Of a stretch of 64,000 nt of DNA, positions 37,541 through 47,305 are shown one piece after another. Each line of letters begins with the position of its first letter. Within the stretch, counting starts at the first letter, position 1. The translations under genes and the position numbers were made by a program. Under the pieces are notes generated by a model, which was given only the letters and a program-made list of their open reading frames with translations, did not search any database and was not told the origin of the DNA. Origin of the DNA: a virus; IMG/VR virus record IMGVR_UViG_3300009509_000009, positions 1 through 64,000 of that record. One strand, 5' to 3'.

Positions 37541-38116
37541 TCAAGCGGCTTTGCGTCCGCGCTTCTTTGCGGCCGGCTGCTTGGTCGTGGACTGCTTGGT
37601 TTTTCTGGCTGCACGCTTCTTGGGGGTGGGGGTGGGGACGTCGGTGATCTGGGTGCCGAGCGCTTCGACGTCTTCCTTCACGGACTCGAGCTCTGCGTTC
37701 AGCTCCTTCTTGAGCGCCTCCTTCAGGCCGCTTCGGAGAGTGTTGATCTCTCCTTGGAGCTGGGTCTCCTGCGCCTTCATCACCTTCTCGGCCTCGAGGG
37801 CGAAGCTGTTGATGGCGCTCACGGTGTTCTTGTCGAGCTGTCGGGTAACGCCGGCTGCGGCGCCAAAGCCCATGACGGCGCCCGACGTCGAACCGATCGT
37901 GATTCCGAGCCAGTCAGCCAACTCCAAGAGGCGCCCGGTGCTCCAGCCCAACAGCGCGCCGAGTCCCGCACCGCCGATCGTTCCCAGCAGATACACGAAC
38001 CAGTATCTGCCCAACGAACTCCCAAAGGTCAGCTCCTTGGCCGTCTTCTCGGCGATCTTGCTGATCTCCTTCTCGGTCTTCTCCTCTTTCTTCTCTGTCT
38101 TCGTCTCGTCTGACAT
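37541..38116 (-). CDS. Membrane protein (Gly-rich TM hairpin, coiled coil, basic tail)
   Basis: YWFVYLLGTIGGAGLGALLGW...; AGGAGG RBS; downstream of promoter copy D. Confidence 0.75.
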   Translation of the reverse strand: MSDETKTEKKEEKTEKEISKIAEKTAKELTFGSSLGRYWFVYLLGTIGGAGLGALLGWSTGRLLELADWLGITIGSTSGAVMGFGAAAGVTRQLDKNTVSAINSFALEAEKVMKAQETQLQGEINTLRSGLKEALKKELNAELESVKEDVEALGTQITDVPTPTPKKRAARKTKQSTTKQPAAKKRGRKAA

Positions 38117-38158
38117 TGTCTTCCTCCTGACCTAATAGGTTAGGTCGCAATCTGGGTT

Positions 38159-38193
38159 CAATGATCTTATGACTGGAGGAAGGTCGGTTTTGC
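38159..38193 (-). promoter_or_regulatory. Putative phage promoter, copy D
   Basis: GCA-N17-GTCATAAGATCATTG. Confidence 0.75.
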
Positions 38194-38196
38194 AGG

Positions 38197-38940
38197 TTAG
38201 AGGGCTGCCAGACGGCCCCTACTGCCTGTCTTCTTCATCTGGCGGGCCAGGTCATCGAAGGCGTCGATATCATTCGAGGCGAGGTGCTGAAGGAGCTTCT
38301 GGCTTGGCCCGAGCTCTGCGGCTCGCTCTACGAACAGTACTGCGATAGTGGACAGGTTCTTTCTGGCGACGACCAGGAGGTCACGAATGCGTTGAAGCTC
38401 GAGATTTGTTTTTAGGTCTTGGTGGGTAGCCACGAACTTGGTGGCCCTCATGCACAGCTGGTAGAAAGTCTGCCAAGAGTGATCTACTTTTAGCATATCA
38501 TTCAGCCGATCGATCTCTAGCTCTGTGATCTTGATAAAGATCTCGCAGAAACTGAGAAGCCTGTCTGTAGGCCAGGAATCTTCCCCGAGCTCCATCTCTA
38601 CCACCTGGTAAAGTTGGATGAGCTGGTCGTCCTCCATCTTAGTGAACCTCGATGCCACGAGACCGTTGACCTCGAAGAGCATGTTCAGGGCCTCTTTGAG
38701 GCGTTCGACTTCTCGCTCGAGGAATAGTAGGCGACGTATCATATCGCCAGGAGCAATCTCTCCTGCTATGTTCAGTCGATGGATCTCTGCGACGTCAGCA
38801 GTGCGTACATAGCAGCTGTCGCCCTCGTACTTCCTGCGAATGAGGCCTTGGTCGCATAGGTCATGGACCTTCTTCTGGGGGCAGTTGAGGATCCCCGCTG
38901 CCTTTGAAACTGGAATGAACTCTTTAGGGTTGCTTCCCAT
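38197..38940 (-). CDS. DNA-binding protein with N-terminal MerR/excisionase-like HTH
   Basis: FIPVSKAAGILNCPQKKVHDLCDQGLI followed by a coiled coil. Confidence 0.7.
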   Translation of the reverse strand: MGSNPKEFIPVSKAAGILNCPQKKVHDLCDQGLIRRKYEGDSCYVRTADVAEIHRLNIAGEIAPGDMIRRLLFLEREVERLKEALNMLFEVNGLVASRFTKMEDDQLIQLYQVVEMELGEDSWPTDRLLSFCEIFIKITELEIDRLNDMLKVDHSWQTFYQLCMRATKFVATHQDLKTNLELQRIRDLLVVARKNLSTIAVLFVERAAELGPSQKLLQHLASNDIDAFDDLARQMKKTGSRGRLAAL

Positions 38941-38985
38941 GCGATCCTCTATATGCTAGTTTTTATAGTAGCAGTAGTGGGAGTA

Positions 38986-39005
38986 GACACCAAGTACTCG
39001 GTGTC
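38986..39005. promoter_or_regulatory. Imperfect palindrome (possible operator) between the HTH gene and the head operon
   Basis: GACACC-A-AGTACT-C-GGTGTC. Confidence 0.4.
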
Positions 39006-39027
39006 ACGCCCGTAAGGGGCGCCAGCT

Positions 39028-39939
39028 ATGAGGAACAGGCGCATGATCGGAACTGAGACAGCACCCTTCACGATGGGTGACCATTCTCATCGTGAGGTGG
39101 CACCTGATCGGCTGCGTCTTCTTGGAAAGCAAGCTAGCGCTTTGTATTCCCAGAGGAACATGCCGTTGACTGAGGCGGTGGTCCAGGTTCTGGGTTCGGA
39201 ACAGAATCTGGGTCCGGAGCACGTGCGGAGGGTCGTTGAGTTCGCCAACACCTACGCCTTCGACAGCGACTTCGACAAGCAGGCTGGAGATCACAGGGTC
39301 GTGAACTTCAACGACGGCCCGGCGGATCCATCAAGTGTCATGAAGGAGCTGCGTGATGGCTCGACCCCCTCGGTCTATGGTGCCCCTGCTCCTGTGAGCG
39401 AGCCTTCGGGTTACGTTCCAGGGGCTGAAGGCGCTCTGGCTGAGGCGTTCGGTCAAAACGTGAAGACGGCTGCGGCGAACGGAGGCTATCCGTTTGAGAA
39501 CCCACACGGAGACATGTTCGCTCTCTACGATACGGTGAGGGCTGCTCGAGATCAGATCCACGCGGAACTGTCTGAGCTGGAAGTGGCGTATGACAGCGCC
39601 GCTGACTCCCTCTTCAAGGAGGCTCGCCAGGTGATCCTGGATGGGAACTCCCCGGCCGACGTGTCTTCTGTCGTCGCTTCCGCTGCTCCCAGTGTGGACT
39701 TCGTGAAGCTGGCGCTGAAGCTCATCTCGAACCGGATGGAGTACGAGCGCATCCCTGTGAGGGAGGGTCTGAACAAGACGGCTTCTGTGCGCCTGGCCAA
39801 TCCACAGCACCCGCTGTACAGGGCCACGGTCGAGTTCGTCAAGGTGGCTGGTGCTCGCTTCCATCGTGTTGCTGCGCTCGAGCACCTCAACGAGCAGATC
39901 GCTGAGGTCAGGCGAGAGATGAAGAAGGTGATGCAATGA
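39028..39939 (+). CDS. Putative head-associated protein with KxA motifs
   Basis: LGPEHVRRVVEFAN; KQAS, KQAG, KTAA, KTAS; start may be 39043 or 39073. Confidence 0.65.
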   Translation: MRNRRMIGTETAPFTMGDHSHREVAPDRLRLLGKQASALYSQRNMPLTEAVVQVLGSEQNLGPEHVRRVVEFANTYAFDSDFDKQAGDHRVVNFNDGPADPSSVMKELRDGSTPSVYGAPAPVSEPSGYVPGAEGALAEAFGQNVKTAAANGGYPFENPHGDMFALYDTVRAARDQIHAELSELEVAYDSAADSLFKEARQVILDGNSPADVSSVVASAAPSVDFVKLALKLISNRMEYERIPVREGLNKTASVRLANPQHPLYRATVEFVKVAGARFHRVAALEHLNEQIAEVRREMKKVMQ

Positions 39940-40292
39940 GTCTGATCGCTGCTGACCACCTGGTTCGTCAGGAACTCCAGAAGGCTGCCACGGCCGCTGA
40001 TGTCGGCCGTGGCATCATTGGTGCCGTCAAAGGTACTGGTCGTGTGATCCAGAAGGGATTCTCAGAGGCTGGTCGTCAGGCCGCCCAAGAGCTTGGTGGT
40101 GGAGCGGGCGGCAAGCTGGTTGGTGGAGCTATCACTGCAGCTCCGGCTCTCGCCGCTGGTGGAGCGGCTGCTTACGGAATCAATGAGATGGCCGGCGATC
40201 CGCTTGGTCGTTACGTGGCTCGGAAGCGTCAGCAGCTCGCCAACAGAATCCAGGGCTCTCAGGTCTACCAGCAGGGAGGAGTGTACTACTGA
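39936..40292 (+). CDS. Small Gly-rich protein with QELQKAA leader
   Basis: Amphipathic helix then hydrophobic ALAAGGAAAYG. Confidence 0.65.
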   Translation: MSLIAADHLVRQELQKAATAADVGRGIIGAVKGTGRVIQKGFSEAGRQAAQELGGGAGGKLVGGAITAAPALAAGGAAAYGINEMAGDPLGRYVARKRQQLANRIQGSQVYQQGGVYY

Positions 40293-40744
40293 TGGGCGCA
40301 ATCAGAGACTTCCTCGAGCACGAGGGTATGATCGAAAAAACAGCTGCGGCTCCTCTGTCCTGGAGAGAAGCCGCACACAAAGCTGGGGTCATGGCTGCTG
40401 GTACAGCTCTCACCTACGGAGTCATGGAGGCTATCAGCGCCGCCAAGAATGCTGTCAACAGGACTCGTGGCTACCGAGCCATGATCGACACCAACCCAGA
40501 GCTCAAGGAGATGGATGCCGAGGGCGTCAAGGCCATGTACAACATGATGCACAAGACCGCCCCGACTCTTGCTCAGAACCCCTACATAGCTGGGGGCTTC
40601 GTCAAGCGAATCGAGCACGGCAAGAAGTGGATGGATCCGCGCATTGTGTCCGACTTGGCTGAGACCGAGGCGAAGATGCAGCGCACTGGCTACGGACCAC
40701 TGACCGGCTTCCCATTCGAGGTCGGCAAGGCCATGGCTGGCTGA
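40292..40744 (+). CDS. Small protein with EKTAAA leader and hydrophobic segment
   Basis: Coupled start; AGVMAAGTALTYGV. Confidence 0.65.
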   Translation: MGAIRDFLEHEGMIEKTAAAPLSWREAAHKAGVMAAGTALTYGVMEAISAAKNAVNRTRGYRAMIDTNPELKEMDAEGVKAMYNMMHKTAPTLAQNPYIAGGFVKRIEHGKKWMDPRIVSDLAETEAKMQRTGYGPLTGFPFEVGKAMAG

Positions 40745-40754
40745 TTCCTCTATC

Positions 40755-42764
40755 ATGATCATAAAGCAGTGCCAGTTTAGTGGGCGGGATGATAGTGGAG
40801 TGCACGTGCACCTCCTCCATCCTGGCTACGACAACGAGCACCTGGTCAAGGTAGCTGCGGCGTCGCCTCCCCAGCTTGAGCGAGTCCTCAAGCTGGTGCG
40901 GTCAATGCCCAAGACAAACAGTTCTCTTCCAGTTCTGGTAAGCGCCATGGGGGCTGGAGAGTACTGGGGGTCGAACTCCAACGGAGACTACTTCCCAGAG
41001 TCCTCATTGATCCACACTCCACCAAACTGGTTGGGTCTGTCTCTGGACCTGCAACGGCAATTGGGAGCTAGGTGGGAGTGGGGATACCCGACGTTCTACA
41101 ACGCCCACGCCTTCCAGCACCACGTGAACAAGGATCCAGCTCGAGCATTCGGCGATGTCGTCTACGCGATGTGGGATCCACAGATGAAGCGAGTGCTTCT
41201 GGTCATCAACATCGACCGGGAGAAGGCGCGAGTCATGGGTGCCATCAGCGTGGTGGACAAGATCGAGAACGGGGAGTTCCCTGATGTCTCGATGGGCTGC
41301 AAGGTGCCCTACGATGTCTGCACCATTTGCGCCGACTGGTCGCGCATCACACAGAACCCAAAGAAGGACCTCGCTGAGCACAGGAAGCGTCCCATTCGTG
41401 GGCTCTCCACCACGCGCCACGAGTACTGTCAGCATCTGCAGGCAGAGCTGAACAAGATCTATCCTGACGGCCGTAAGGTCGCCATGATCAATCTGCACCC
41501 CAAGTTCTTTGATCTTAGCTTCGTATTCATCGGAGCCGACAAGACCTCGAAGGTGATGGCGAAGCTGGCTGGCGCTCAGATGTGTCCCATCCGCTCTAAC
41601 GCCAGGATGTGCAAGAAGGGATGTTTCGACTGTGCTATTCCCTCGAGCCATGTGTACGAGGTATGGTCAAGAGAGAAGACAGCCGAAAGGGCTGAGAGAT
41701 CTGGTGCTGTGGCAGTCTCTATGAGTAAAGAGGAACCAACTGCATATGATCGTATGCGCGCTGAAGCTACCTCCAGAGGTCTAACTCCTCATCAGCACGC
41801 TATGAAGATGGGCCGTAAGGAGTGGCTGACGCGCATAAATAAGGCGCGGAAAGAGGATGCAGCTTCGGGGAGACCCTGGCTCGGTGATAAAAAGATCGAG
41901 AAGAAGGCGGTCACCTTTCCAGGTATGGAAAGGGAGCTCCGAGACGAGAGGGATGAGATGGGCCCACTCGAGGAGCTGTTTGGGATCGATAAGCAATCTG
42001 CTGCAGAGATCGCTAAGAAAGCGGAGATCATCAAGCAGATAAGATCTAACTTCTCGAAGAGCCTGCCAGGAATGACAGCTGAAGAACCCAACATTCCTAA
42101 CGACGTTCTCAACGCCATGTCTCAATGTCCCAGAGAAGCTCTCGGTACGGCTGGCAGTATGGGAATCGTTCTCAAGCCCAGAGAGTTTCAGAGGACCATA
42201 ATCATAGCTCGAGGCAGGCCTGACTTGGCTGACCAGCTCGACGATGCTGGAGCTTGCTTCAGTCCAGGAGCTCCTCCATCGAGGGACTTCAGCATCTCAG
42301 ATAAGATCATTCCGCGCCTACTACAGGCGCTGGCACCATTGATAGGAGAACGGAGCTGTTTCGGCCCGCCCGTTCACCGAAGAGTCATACGGATGACGAT
42401 CATCAAGAGGCCGGAGTCACCGCTTGAGCTTGAGGGTAATCCGCTTCTAGACAAGCTGAGCGCAGATTATTCTGCGTACCGACAGCAGCTTCTGTACAAG
42501 CAGGCAGCTCTAGTTGACCAGCTCATCCACGAGCACCCTTGGGTAACGTCCGCTATCCTCGGACCCCAAATTGAAGGATCGTTTGGAGGGGGTCTTGTCA
42601 AGGCGGGGGGTAGTGTGGTGGAATCAATGCTTGGAATGCTCTCGATCGACTATCTAAACCAGGCACACCTTCCGAAACCGATCTCGGAGTTCGTTTCGGA
42701 TCATTGTGACCTGGCCGGATTGAAGTCGGCAGGGGAGCTCGCTTCGTGCGGTAGGGTAGCGTAG
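40755..42764 (+). CDS. Prohead (capsid maturation) serine protease, HK97/assemblin-like fold, with C-terminal extension
   Basis: NSNGDYF, candidate catalytic His (QHHVNK), candidate catalytic Ser (VSMGC), FFDLSFVFIGAD resembling the (E)xSxVxxPA motif; upstream of the capsid gene. Confidence 0.75.
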   Translation: MIIKQCQFSGRDDSGVHVHLLHPGYDNEHLVKVAAASPPQLERVLKLVRSMPKTNSSLPVLVSAMGAGEYWGSNSNGDYFPESSLIHTPPNWLGLSLDLQRQLGARWEWGYPTFYNAHAFQHHVNKDPARAFGDVVYAMWDPQMKRVLLVINIDREKARVMGAISVVDKIENGEFPDVSMGCKVPYDVCTICADWSRITQNPKKDLAEHRKRPIRGLSTTRHEYCQHLQAELNKIYPDGRKVAMINLHPKFFDLSFVFIGADKTSKVMAKLAGAQMCPIRSNARMCKKGCFDCAIPSSHVYEVWSREKTAERAERSGAVAVSMSKEEPTAYDRMRAEATSRGLTPHQHAMKMGRKEWLTRINKARKEDAASGRPWLGDKKIEKKAVTFPGMERELRDERDEMGPLEELFGIDKQSAAEIAKKAEIIKQIRSNFSKSLPGMTAEEPNIPNDVLNAMSQCPREALGTAGSMGIVLKPREFQRTIIIARGRPDLADQLDDAGACFSPGAPPSRDFSISDKIIPRLLQALAPLIGERSCFGPPVHRRVIRMTIIKRPESPLELEGNPLLDKLSADYSAYRQQLLYKQAALVDQLIHEHPWVTSAILGPQIEGSFGGGLVKAGGSVVESMLGMLSIDYLNQAHLPKPISEFVSDHCDLAGLKSAGELASCGRVA

Positions 42765-42845
42765 GGGCGTCATGGACTCTCGAAGATCGCTTCTCACCGT
42801 CAATAGGCCTTTTGAAGGGTAAATGACAACGAGGAGAAAAGAACA

Positions 42846-43730
42846 ATGGATCCTAACAACATGCCCGATCCTTTCCTGAGCCAGTACTACGGTACCAACG
42901 TGCCCGAGCCGATCGAAGGCGACAGCCTCGAGAAGATGGCCCAGCTTCATCTCCTGGAGAAGCTGGCAGAGGACGAGCAGATCGACCTCACCCAGTACTC
43001 CGACGAGGAGATTCTCGCCATGACCGATCAGGTCTTTGGTGAAGGCAATGGGGGCTACGAGCCCCAGTACGGTGACGGCGACTACGAGAAGATCGCCGCC
43101 GCCCGATTCGAGGAGGCCGACTATCTCGGTCGCGTGATGGCCCACTCCATGTGGAACGAGCTCGAAGCCATCCAGAAGGCAGCCGCTCGAGGCGGTCAGA
43201 TGTGGGAGGGTGGAGAAGCAGCAGGCGAGAAGGCTTGGCAGGAGCAAACGAAGAAGGTCAAGGATCTGAAGAGCGAGGCCGTCAGCGCCGCCAAGGAGCG
43301 ACACTGGGCCAACAAGCCCTCCGCCGCTGGCAAGGGCTACAGCGGTGCCCGTTCCGTCGGCAAAGCTGAGGGAGCAGCTCGAGGCGCTCTCCACAAGCTG
43401 AAGAGGCCAGGCGCCAAGGGCAAGGCCGCTCTCGTCGCCGGCGGAGCCGCTGCTCTCACCGGCGGAGCTATCCTCGGAGCCCGCGCGCTGAAGAAGAGGC
43501 AGGAGCAGCAGAAGACGGCCTCGGCTCTCGACACTCTCGCCGACTCCCGCGCCTTCGACATCCTGGCCGAGTATGGCTACGTCACCGAGCGGGGAGATGT
43601 CATCCCTCCCGACGGCGAGCCCGGAACTCCCTGGGATGTGCCGTTCCAGAAGACGGCCTCGGTGGAGCTGGACAACGCGGTCGAGGACCTGGCGTGGGGC
43701 AAGCTCTACGACCTGGGATACCTCGGGTAG
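42846..43730 (+). CDS. Putative internal head protein, KxA-segmented
   Basis: EKMA, EKLA, EKIAA, QKAAA, QKTAS twice; FEEADYLGRVMAHS motif; Gly/Ala hydrophobic stretch. Confidence 0.7.
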   Translation: MDPNNMPDPFLSQYYGTNVPEPIEGDSLEKMAQLHLLEKLAEDEQIDLTQYSDEEILAMTDQVFGEGNGGYEPQYGDGDYEKIAAARFEEADYLGRVMAHSMWNELEAIQKAAARGGQMWEGGEAAGEKAWQEQTKKVKDLKSEAVSAAKERHWANKPSAAGKGYSGARSVGKAEGAARGALHKLKRPGAKGKAALVAGGAAALTGGAILGARALKKRQEQQKTASALDTLADSRAFDILAEYGYVTERGDVIPPDGEPGTPWDVPFQKTASVELDNAVEDLAWGKLYDLGYLG

Positions 43731-43739
43731 CATGAGCTC

Positions 43740-44036
43740 ATGTCGGGCCTGGGTGTGAGAACGGTGGAAGCTATGATGGACGAGCTACAGAAGATCGCTA
43801 AGTTTTCTGTTTCAGCTCCGTCCATCAAGGCTCCACCTGCACCTGGAGGAGATGGATCGGTGCTGAAGGCAACTCCAGCGTCGCCTGTCTCCCCGAAAGC
43901 GATCTCTGCCAAGGCTCTGAAGTCCACGAACCTAACGAAGACGAACTACACCAACGTCTCCACTGAGGTGCCAGCACCACAGATCGGTCAGACGATGGAA
44001 CAGAAGGCTTTGCAGCCTCCTGTAGTTCGGTCATAG
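43740..44036 (+). CDS. Small protein with MMDELQKIA leader
   Basis: Leader followed by Pro/Ser/Lys-rich low-complexity body. Confidence 0.6.
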   Translation: MSGLGVRTVEAMMDELQKIAKFSVSAPSIKAPPAPGGDGSVLKATPASPVSPKAISAKALKSTNLTKTNYTNVSTEVPAPQIGQTMEQKALQPPVVRS

Positions 44037-44046
44037 GAGGTAGCCG

Positions 44047-45198
44047 ATGAGGTTTACGCTACAGCAGATGGTAAAGGCTGCAATGCGTGGGTCTCAGGCC
44101 GATGCCATGCAGAAGATCGCCGAGGAGGCAAACGACTCGGGAGCATGTGAGGCCTGTGGAGAATCCGCGCCCCCCGGCAGCAAGCTGTGCCGGGAGTGTG
44201 CCGCCAAAGCTGCCAAAGCGGAGGCCGTGCGCGGCGGCGACAGCGAAGAGGAGGGGGAGGAGAAAACTTCGGCCCTCCGAGTTGAGAAGCTGGCGTCTGC
44301 AGTCGAAGAGGTCCTGTACAACTTCGACAACATGGACTGGAGTCTGTGGCACCAGTTCAAGCTCGCCGCAAGCGTGCCGACCGCTTCGCCTGGCACCGGC
44401 CCCGGGGCCGGACCTACGGCGACACCAACAACGGACAAGACTCCGACTCCTGGAGTTCAGGCGACGGAGTTTGGGGAGGCCAAGAAGGACAAGCCTCCCA
44501 TGAATCCGCCGATGGAGACACCTGTGGGTGGGGGCAAAGGCGCCCCGAATGCCATGGCGGACAACGTCGACGATCTTCGGGCGGCCTACCCGGAGCAAGG
44601 TGTGATGAAGCAGGGCGGCATGCGCTCCCTGTATCAGAACATCATGCTCCGAAAGGTTGGAGCTGACTCGGAGAGCCCGGCGTCCGTTTCAGGACCCAAG
44701 TTCACCACGCTTCCTGAGGATCAGCCTTCTCAGATGAAGCGCCCACCGGAGGTCACCTCTCAGGAGGCGATGGTCGCAAGCAACCAAGCTGCGATCGACG
44801 CCACCAAGCGGCAAGCGGCAGAGGTACCGAAGAGGCGGATGGGTGAGGTGATCGAGGAGCCAGCCCAGAGTGCGGCGTCCGACAAGGCGCTTGATGCGAA
44901 TCTGGGTTCGGCTACGGTGGACCAAGCAGGGGCGAAGATCGCTGCTGCTCGTGTCCTCCTGCAGAAGGTAGCGTCCCAGGGATGCTCCTGCGGAGCAGAT
45001 CATCCCAGCAACGGAAGCTGCAACTTCTGCAAGCTCGCCGCACGCATCGAACAACGAAAGGGAGCTCGTATGGGCAAGGCCTCGCAGATGGCAGGAGCGG
45101 CACCGATGCCGACCCCGCCGACTGCACCTGGCTCATCGGCTGGCGCAGCTCCTCCGCCACCGGTACCAGGCAGTCCAATGCCTGGGACGGGGATGTAG
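44047..45198 (+). CDS. Low-complexity putative scaffold/internal protein with two Cys clusters and KxA motifs
   Basis: AGGAGG RBS; CEAC...CREC, CSC...CNFC; KIA, KTSA, KLAS, KLAA, KVAS. Confidence 0.65.
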   Translation: MRFTLQQMVKAAMRGSQADAMQKIAEEANDSGACEACGESAPPGSKLCRECAAKAAKAEAVRGGDSEEEGEEKTSALRVEKLASAVEEVLYNFDNMDWSLWHQFKLAASVPTASPGTGPGAGPTATPTTDKTPTPGVQATEFGEAKKDKPPMNPPMETPVGGGKGAPNAMADNVDDLRAAYPEQGVMKQGGMRSLYQNIMLRKVGADSESPASVSGPKFTTLPEDQPSQMKRPPEVTSQEAMVASNQAAIDATKRQAAEVPKRRMGEVIEEPAQSAASDKALDANLGSATVDQAGAKIAAARVLLQKVASQGCSCGADHPSNGSCNFCKLAARIEQRKGARMGKASQMAGAAPMPTPPTAPGSSAGAAPPPPVPGSPMPGTGM

Positions 45199-45208
45199 AA
45201 AGGAGAGC

Positions 45209-45577
45209 ATGATGGATAAGATCGCAGCACACGATGCGTTCGCCGCGCTCTCCGAAGTGCCTGGCACTCTCAGGGCACAGCAGACCCGCATCCGGGAGCT
45301 CACGAGTGAGAACCATGAGCTTCGGGAGAAGGTCGCCAGCTACGAGGTTCGTGACCGAGTCGAGAAGATCGCCTCTGAGATGGAGGAGAAGGGAATCGAC
45401 GCTGGTCTGAGCCACGAGGAGAAGCTGGAGATGCTCCAGAAGAAGGCGTCCGAGGGAACCCTCGACGTCGTGGAGCACGCGGTGAAGCTGGCGGCTTCGG
45501 GAAGCCCCTTCGGAGAGTTGGGCGACCGTCCCAGCGCAGGAGGTAGTTTGGTGGGCTACCTTCTCGAGGATGAGTAG
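45209..45577 (+). CDS. Putative scaffolding protein (coiled coil)
   Basis: Upstream of decoration and capsid genes; five KxA sites in 122 aa. Confidence 0.6.
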   Translation: MMDKIAAHDAFAALSEVPGTLRAQQTRIRELTSENHELREKVASYEVRDRVEKIASEMEEKGIDAGLSHEEKLEMLQKKASEGTLDVVEHAVKLAASGSPFGELGDRPSAGGSLVGYLLEDE

Positions 45578-45610
45578 GACTGCCACCATCAACCAAGAGG
45601 AGACTGAAAG

Positions 45611-46069
45611 ATGGCTGAGAGGATTCAGACCTTCAAGCTGGTGACGGCAGTTCAAGGCCTCATCACCAGGGATTTCGAGGTGAACGATCCCAACTATGTC
45701 GTGCCGGGTCACGCCGACGCGATCGTGATGGGTGAGTTCGTCGAGCTGAACGCAGCGTACAAGATCATCCCGAGCTCGGGCGCTGGGCTTCAGTTCGCAG
45801 TGTGGGTCGAGGAAGGGCGATCCGACGTTCAGGCGATTCGTCAGATGACGACGCTGTTCGGCGGCACCTACGAGGCCGACACCCTCATCTTCGACTCGGG
45901 CGCCGCTCCCGCACTGGGCGCGAAGCTCGAGGTCAACAACGCGCTGACCTACAACGGACGGACGGTCTCTGGCCTCCGGACCCTCGTCGGCGCCGAGCAG
46001 GTCGGGTGGGTCACCCGTACCGAAGACGTCAACAACGGCTACCTGAGGTTCCTCCAGACCCTCGTGTAG
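45611..46069 (+). CDS. Putative capsid decoration/cement protein
   Basis: 152-aa beta-rich protein immediately upstream of the major capsid gene; strongly biased codons. Confidence 0.6.
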   Translation: MAERIQTFKLVTAVQGLITRDFEVNDPNYVVPGHADAIVMGEFVELNAAYKIIPSSGAGLQFAVWVEEGRSDVQAIRQMTTLFGGTYEADTLIFDSGAAPALGAKLEVNNALTYNGRTVSGLRTLVGAEQVGWVTRTEDVNNGYLRFLQTLV

Positions 46070-46093
46070 TGGAGACAAAGGAAGGAGAGATCA

Positions 46094-47218
46094 ATGAGTG
46101 TTCCCGCAAGAGTGTTGAACGAGCTCTTCTCCCAGAAACTCTCCACAGGAGAGGGCAAGGAGAAGATCGCTGAGTACGGTGGCGCTTACATCCGAGACAG
46201 GCTGCGTGAGGTTTCGTACGCTCGCCAGATCCTGCCGCCGGAGAACGTCACCAGAACCGACTGCCAACGGTCAGTCAACCACGACACCCTCGTGAAGGTC
46301 ATCGACGTGGAGCCGGAGAGCCGGGCCATGGCGATCACCTTCCGTGGTCAGCCCACCGCGCGGTTCATCCGTGCGCCCCGTGCCGAGGTTCCCTTCTTCA
46401 CGATCTCCTCGGAGAAATTCGAGAAGACCGAGCAGGAGCTCCTCGCGTACGAGATGCCCATCACCAAGGTCATCGAGGACAACACGGTGAAGGACATCCA
46501 AGAGGTGGAGGACCGTGAGTTCACGATCCACATCGAGGCTGCCGTCCAGGCCCTTCAGGCCGAGGCGAACAGCGCCGCCACCTCTCCCGAGCTGTCCTCG
46601 AACACCATCGGGACCACCGTCGAGTTCTCGGTCACGAAGGGTGAGATCGCTCGCAACTTCACCGGGACCCCCGACGCCACGGTCCATCCGCTTCAGAGGC
46701 CGGACATCGTTCGTCTCTGCAAGCTCCTCGATGGGAATCGGCTCCGCTCGGAGCGGATCCTCATGACCGAGGTGGAGTTCGACGACATCAACCAGTGGAC
46801 CGTCGAAGACTTCGGCGACAAGATGCAGTCCGAGACCACCGTCGACGGGTACAAGTACTCGACGCTGTTGGGCAAGGCGTTCGTCCGCACGATCAAGACG
46901 GACATCCTCCGCCCCGGCAACGTGTACGTGTTCACTCGTCCCGAGTTCTTCGGGAAGTTCTACATCCTCAACCAGGTGAAGTTCTACATCGACAAGATTG
47001 CGAACCTGATCACCTGGCAGTCCTGGGAAGACATCGCCATGTCGGTGATCAACATCGCTTCGGTGCGGAAGCTCGAGCTCTACTCGGCCGACGCCTCGAA
47101 TGCCGACGCCCAGGGCCTCAGGGATGCGAACTTCATCCCGGTGATCGAGGAGGACCTCGGCGCGATCAACAACCGCGTCGATAAGGGATGGGTGTTCCCG
47201 CAGGTGCAGAGCTTCTAG
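46094..47218 (+). CDS. Major capsid protein (HK97 fold inferred)
   Basis: 374 aa; IRDRLREVSYARQILPP, KDIQEVEDREF; extreme G/C3 codon bias; follows protease/scaffold/decoration; followed by a terminator. Confidence 0.8.
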   Translation: MSVPARVLNELFSQKLSTGEGKEKIAEYGGAYIRDRLREVSYARQILPPENVTRTDCQRSVNHDTLVKVIDVEPESRAMAITFRGQPTARFIRAPRAEVPFFTISSEKFEKTEQELLAYEMPITKVIEDNTVKDIQEVEDREFTIHIEAAVQALQAEANSAATSPELSSNTIGTTVEFSVTKGEIARNFTGTPDATVHPLQRPDIVRLCKLLDGNRLRSERILMTEVEFDDINQWTVEDFGDKMQSETTVDGYKYSTLLGKAFVRTIKTDILRPGNVYVFTRPEFFGKFYILNQVKFYIDKIANLITWQSWEDIAMSVINIASVRKLELYSADASNADAQGLRDANFIPVIEEDLGAINNRVDKGWVFPQVQSF

Positions 47219-47254
47219 CCTACATCTGCTACGAGATGCCGATCACGAAGTGAC

Positions 47255-47295
47255 GGGGCGGCGGTGCTTGGCGGCGCCGTCGCCCCTTTTAGTTT
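47255..47295 (+). terminator. Intrinsic terminator after the capsid gene
   Basis: GGGGCGGCGGTGC-TTGGCG-GCGCCGTCGCCCC followed by TTTTAGTTT. Confidence 0.85.
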
Positions 47296-47305
47296 GGAGG
47301 TCGCC

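Noticed and set aside
38955-38990. Seventh copy of the ATAAG promoter upstream of the HTH gene
   Set aside because: It reads ACTATAAAAACTAGC and lacks the G, the ATAAG, the TG and the upstream GCA.
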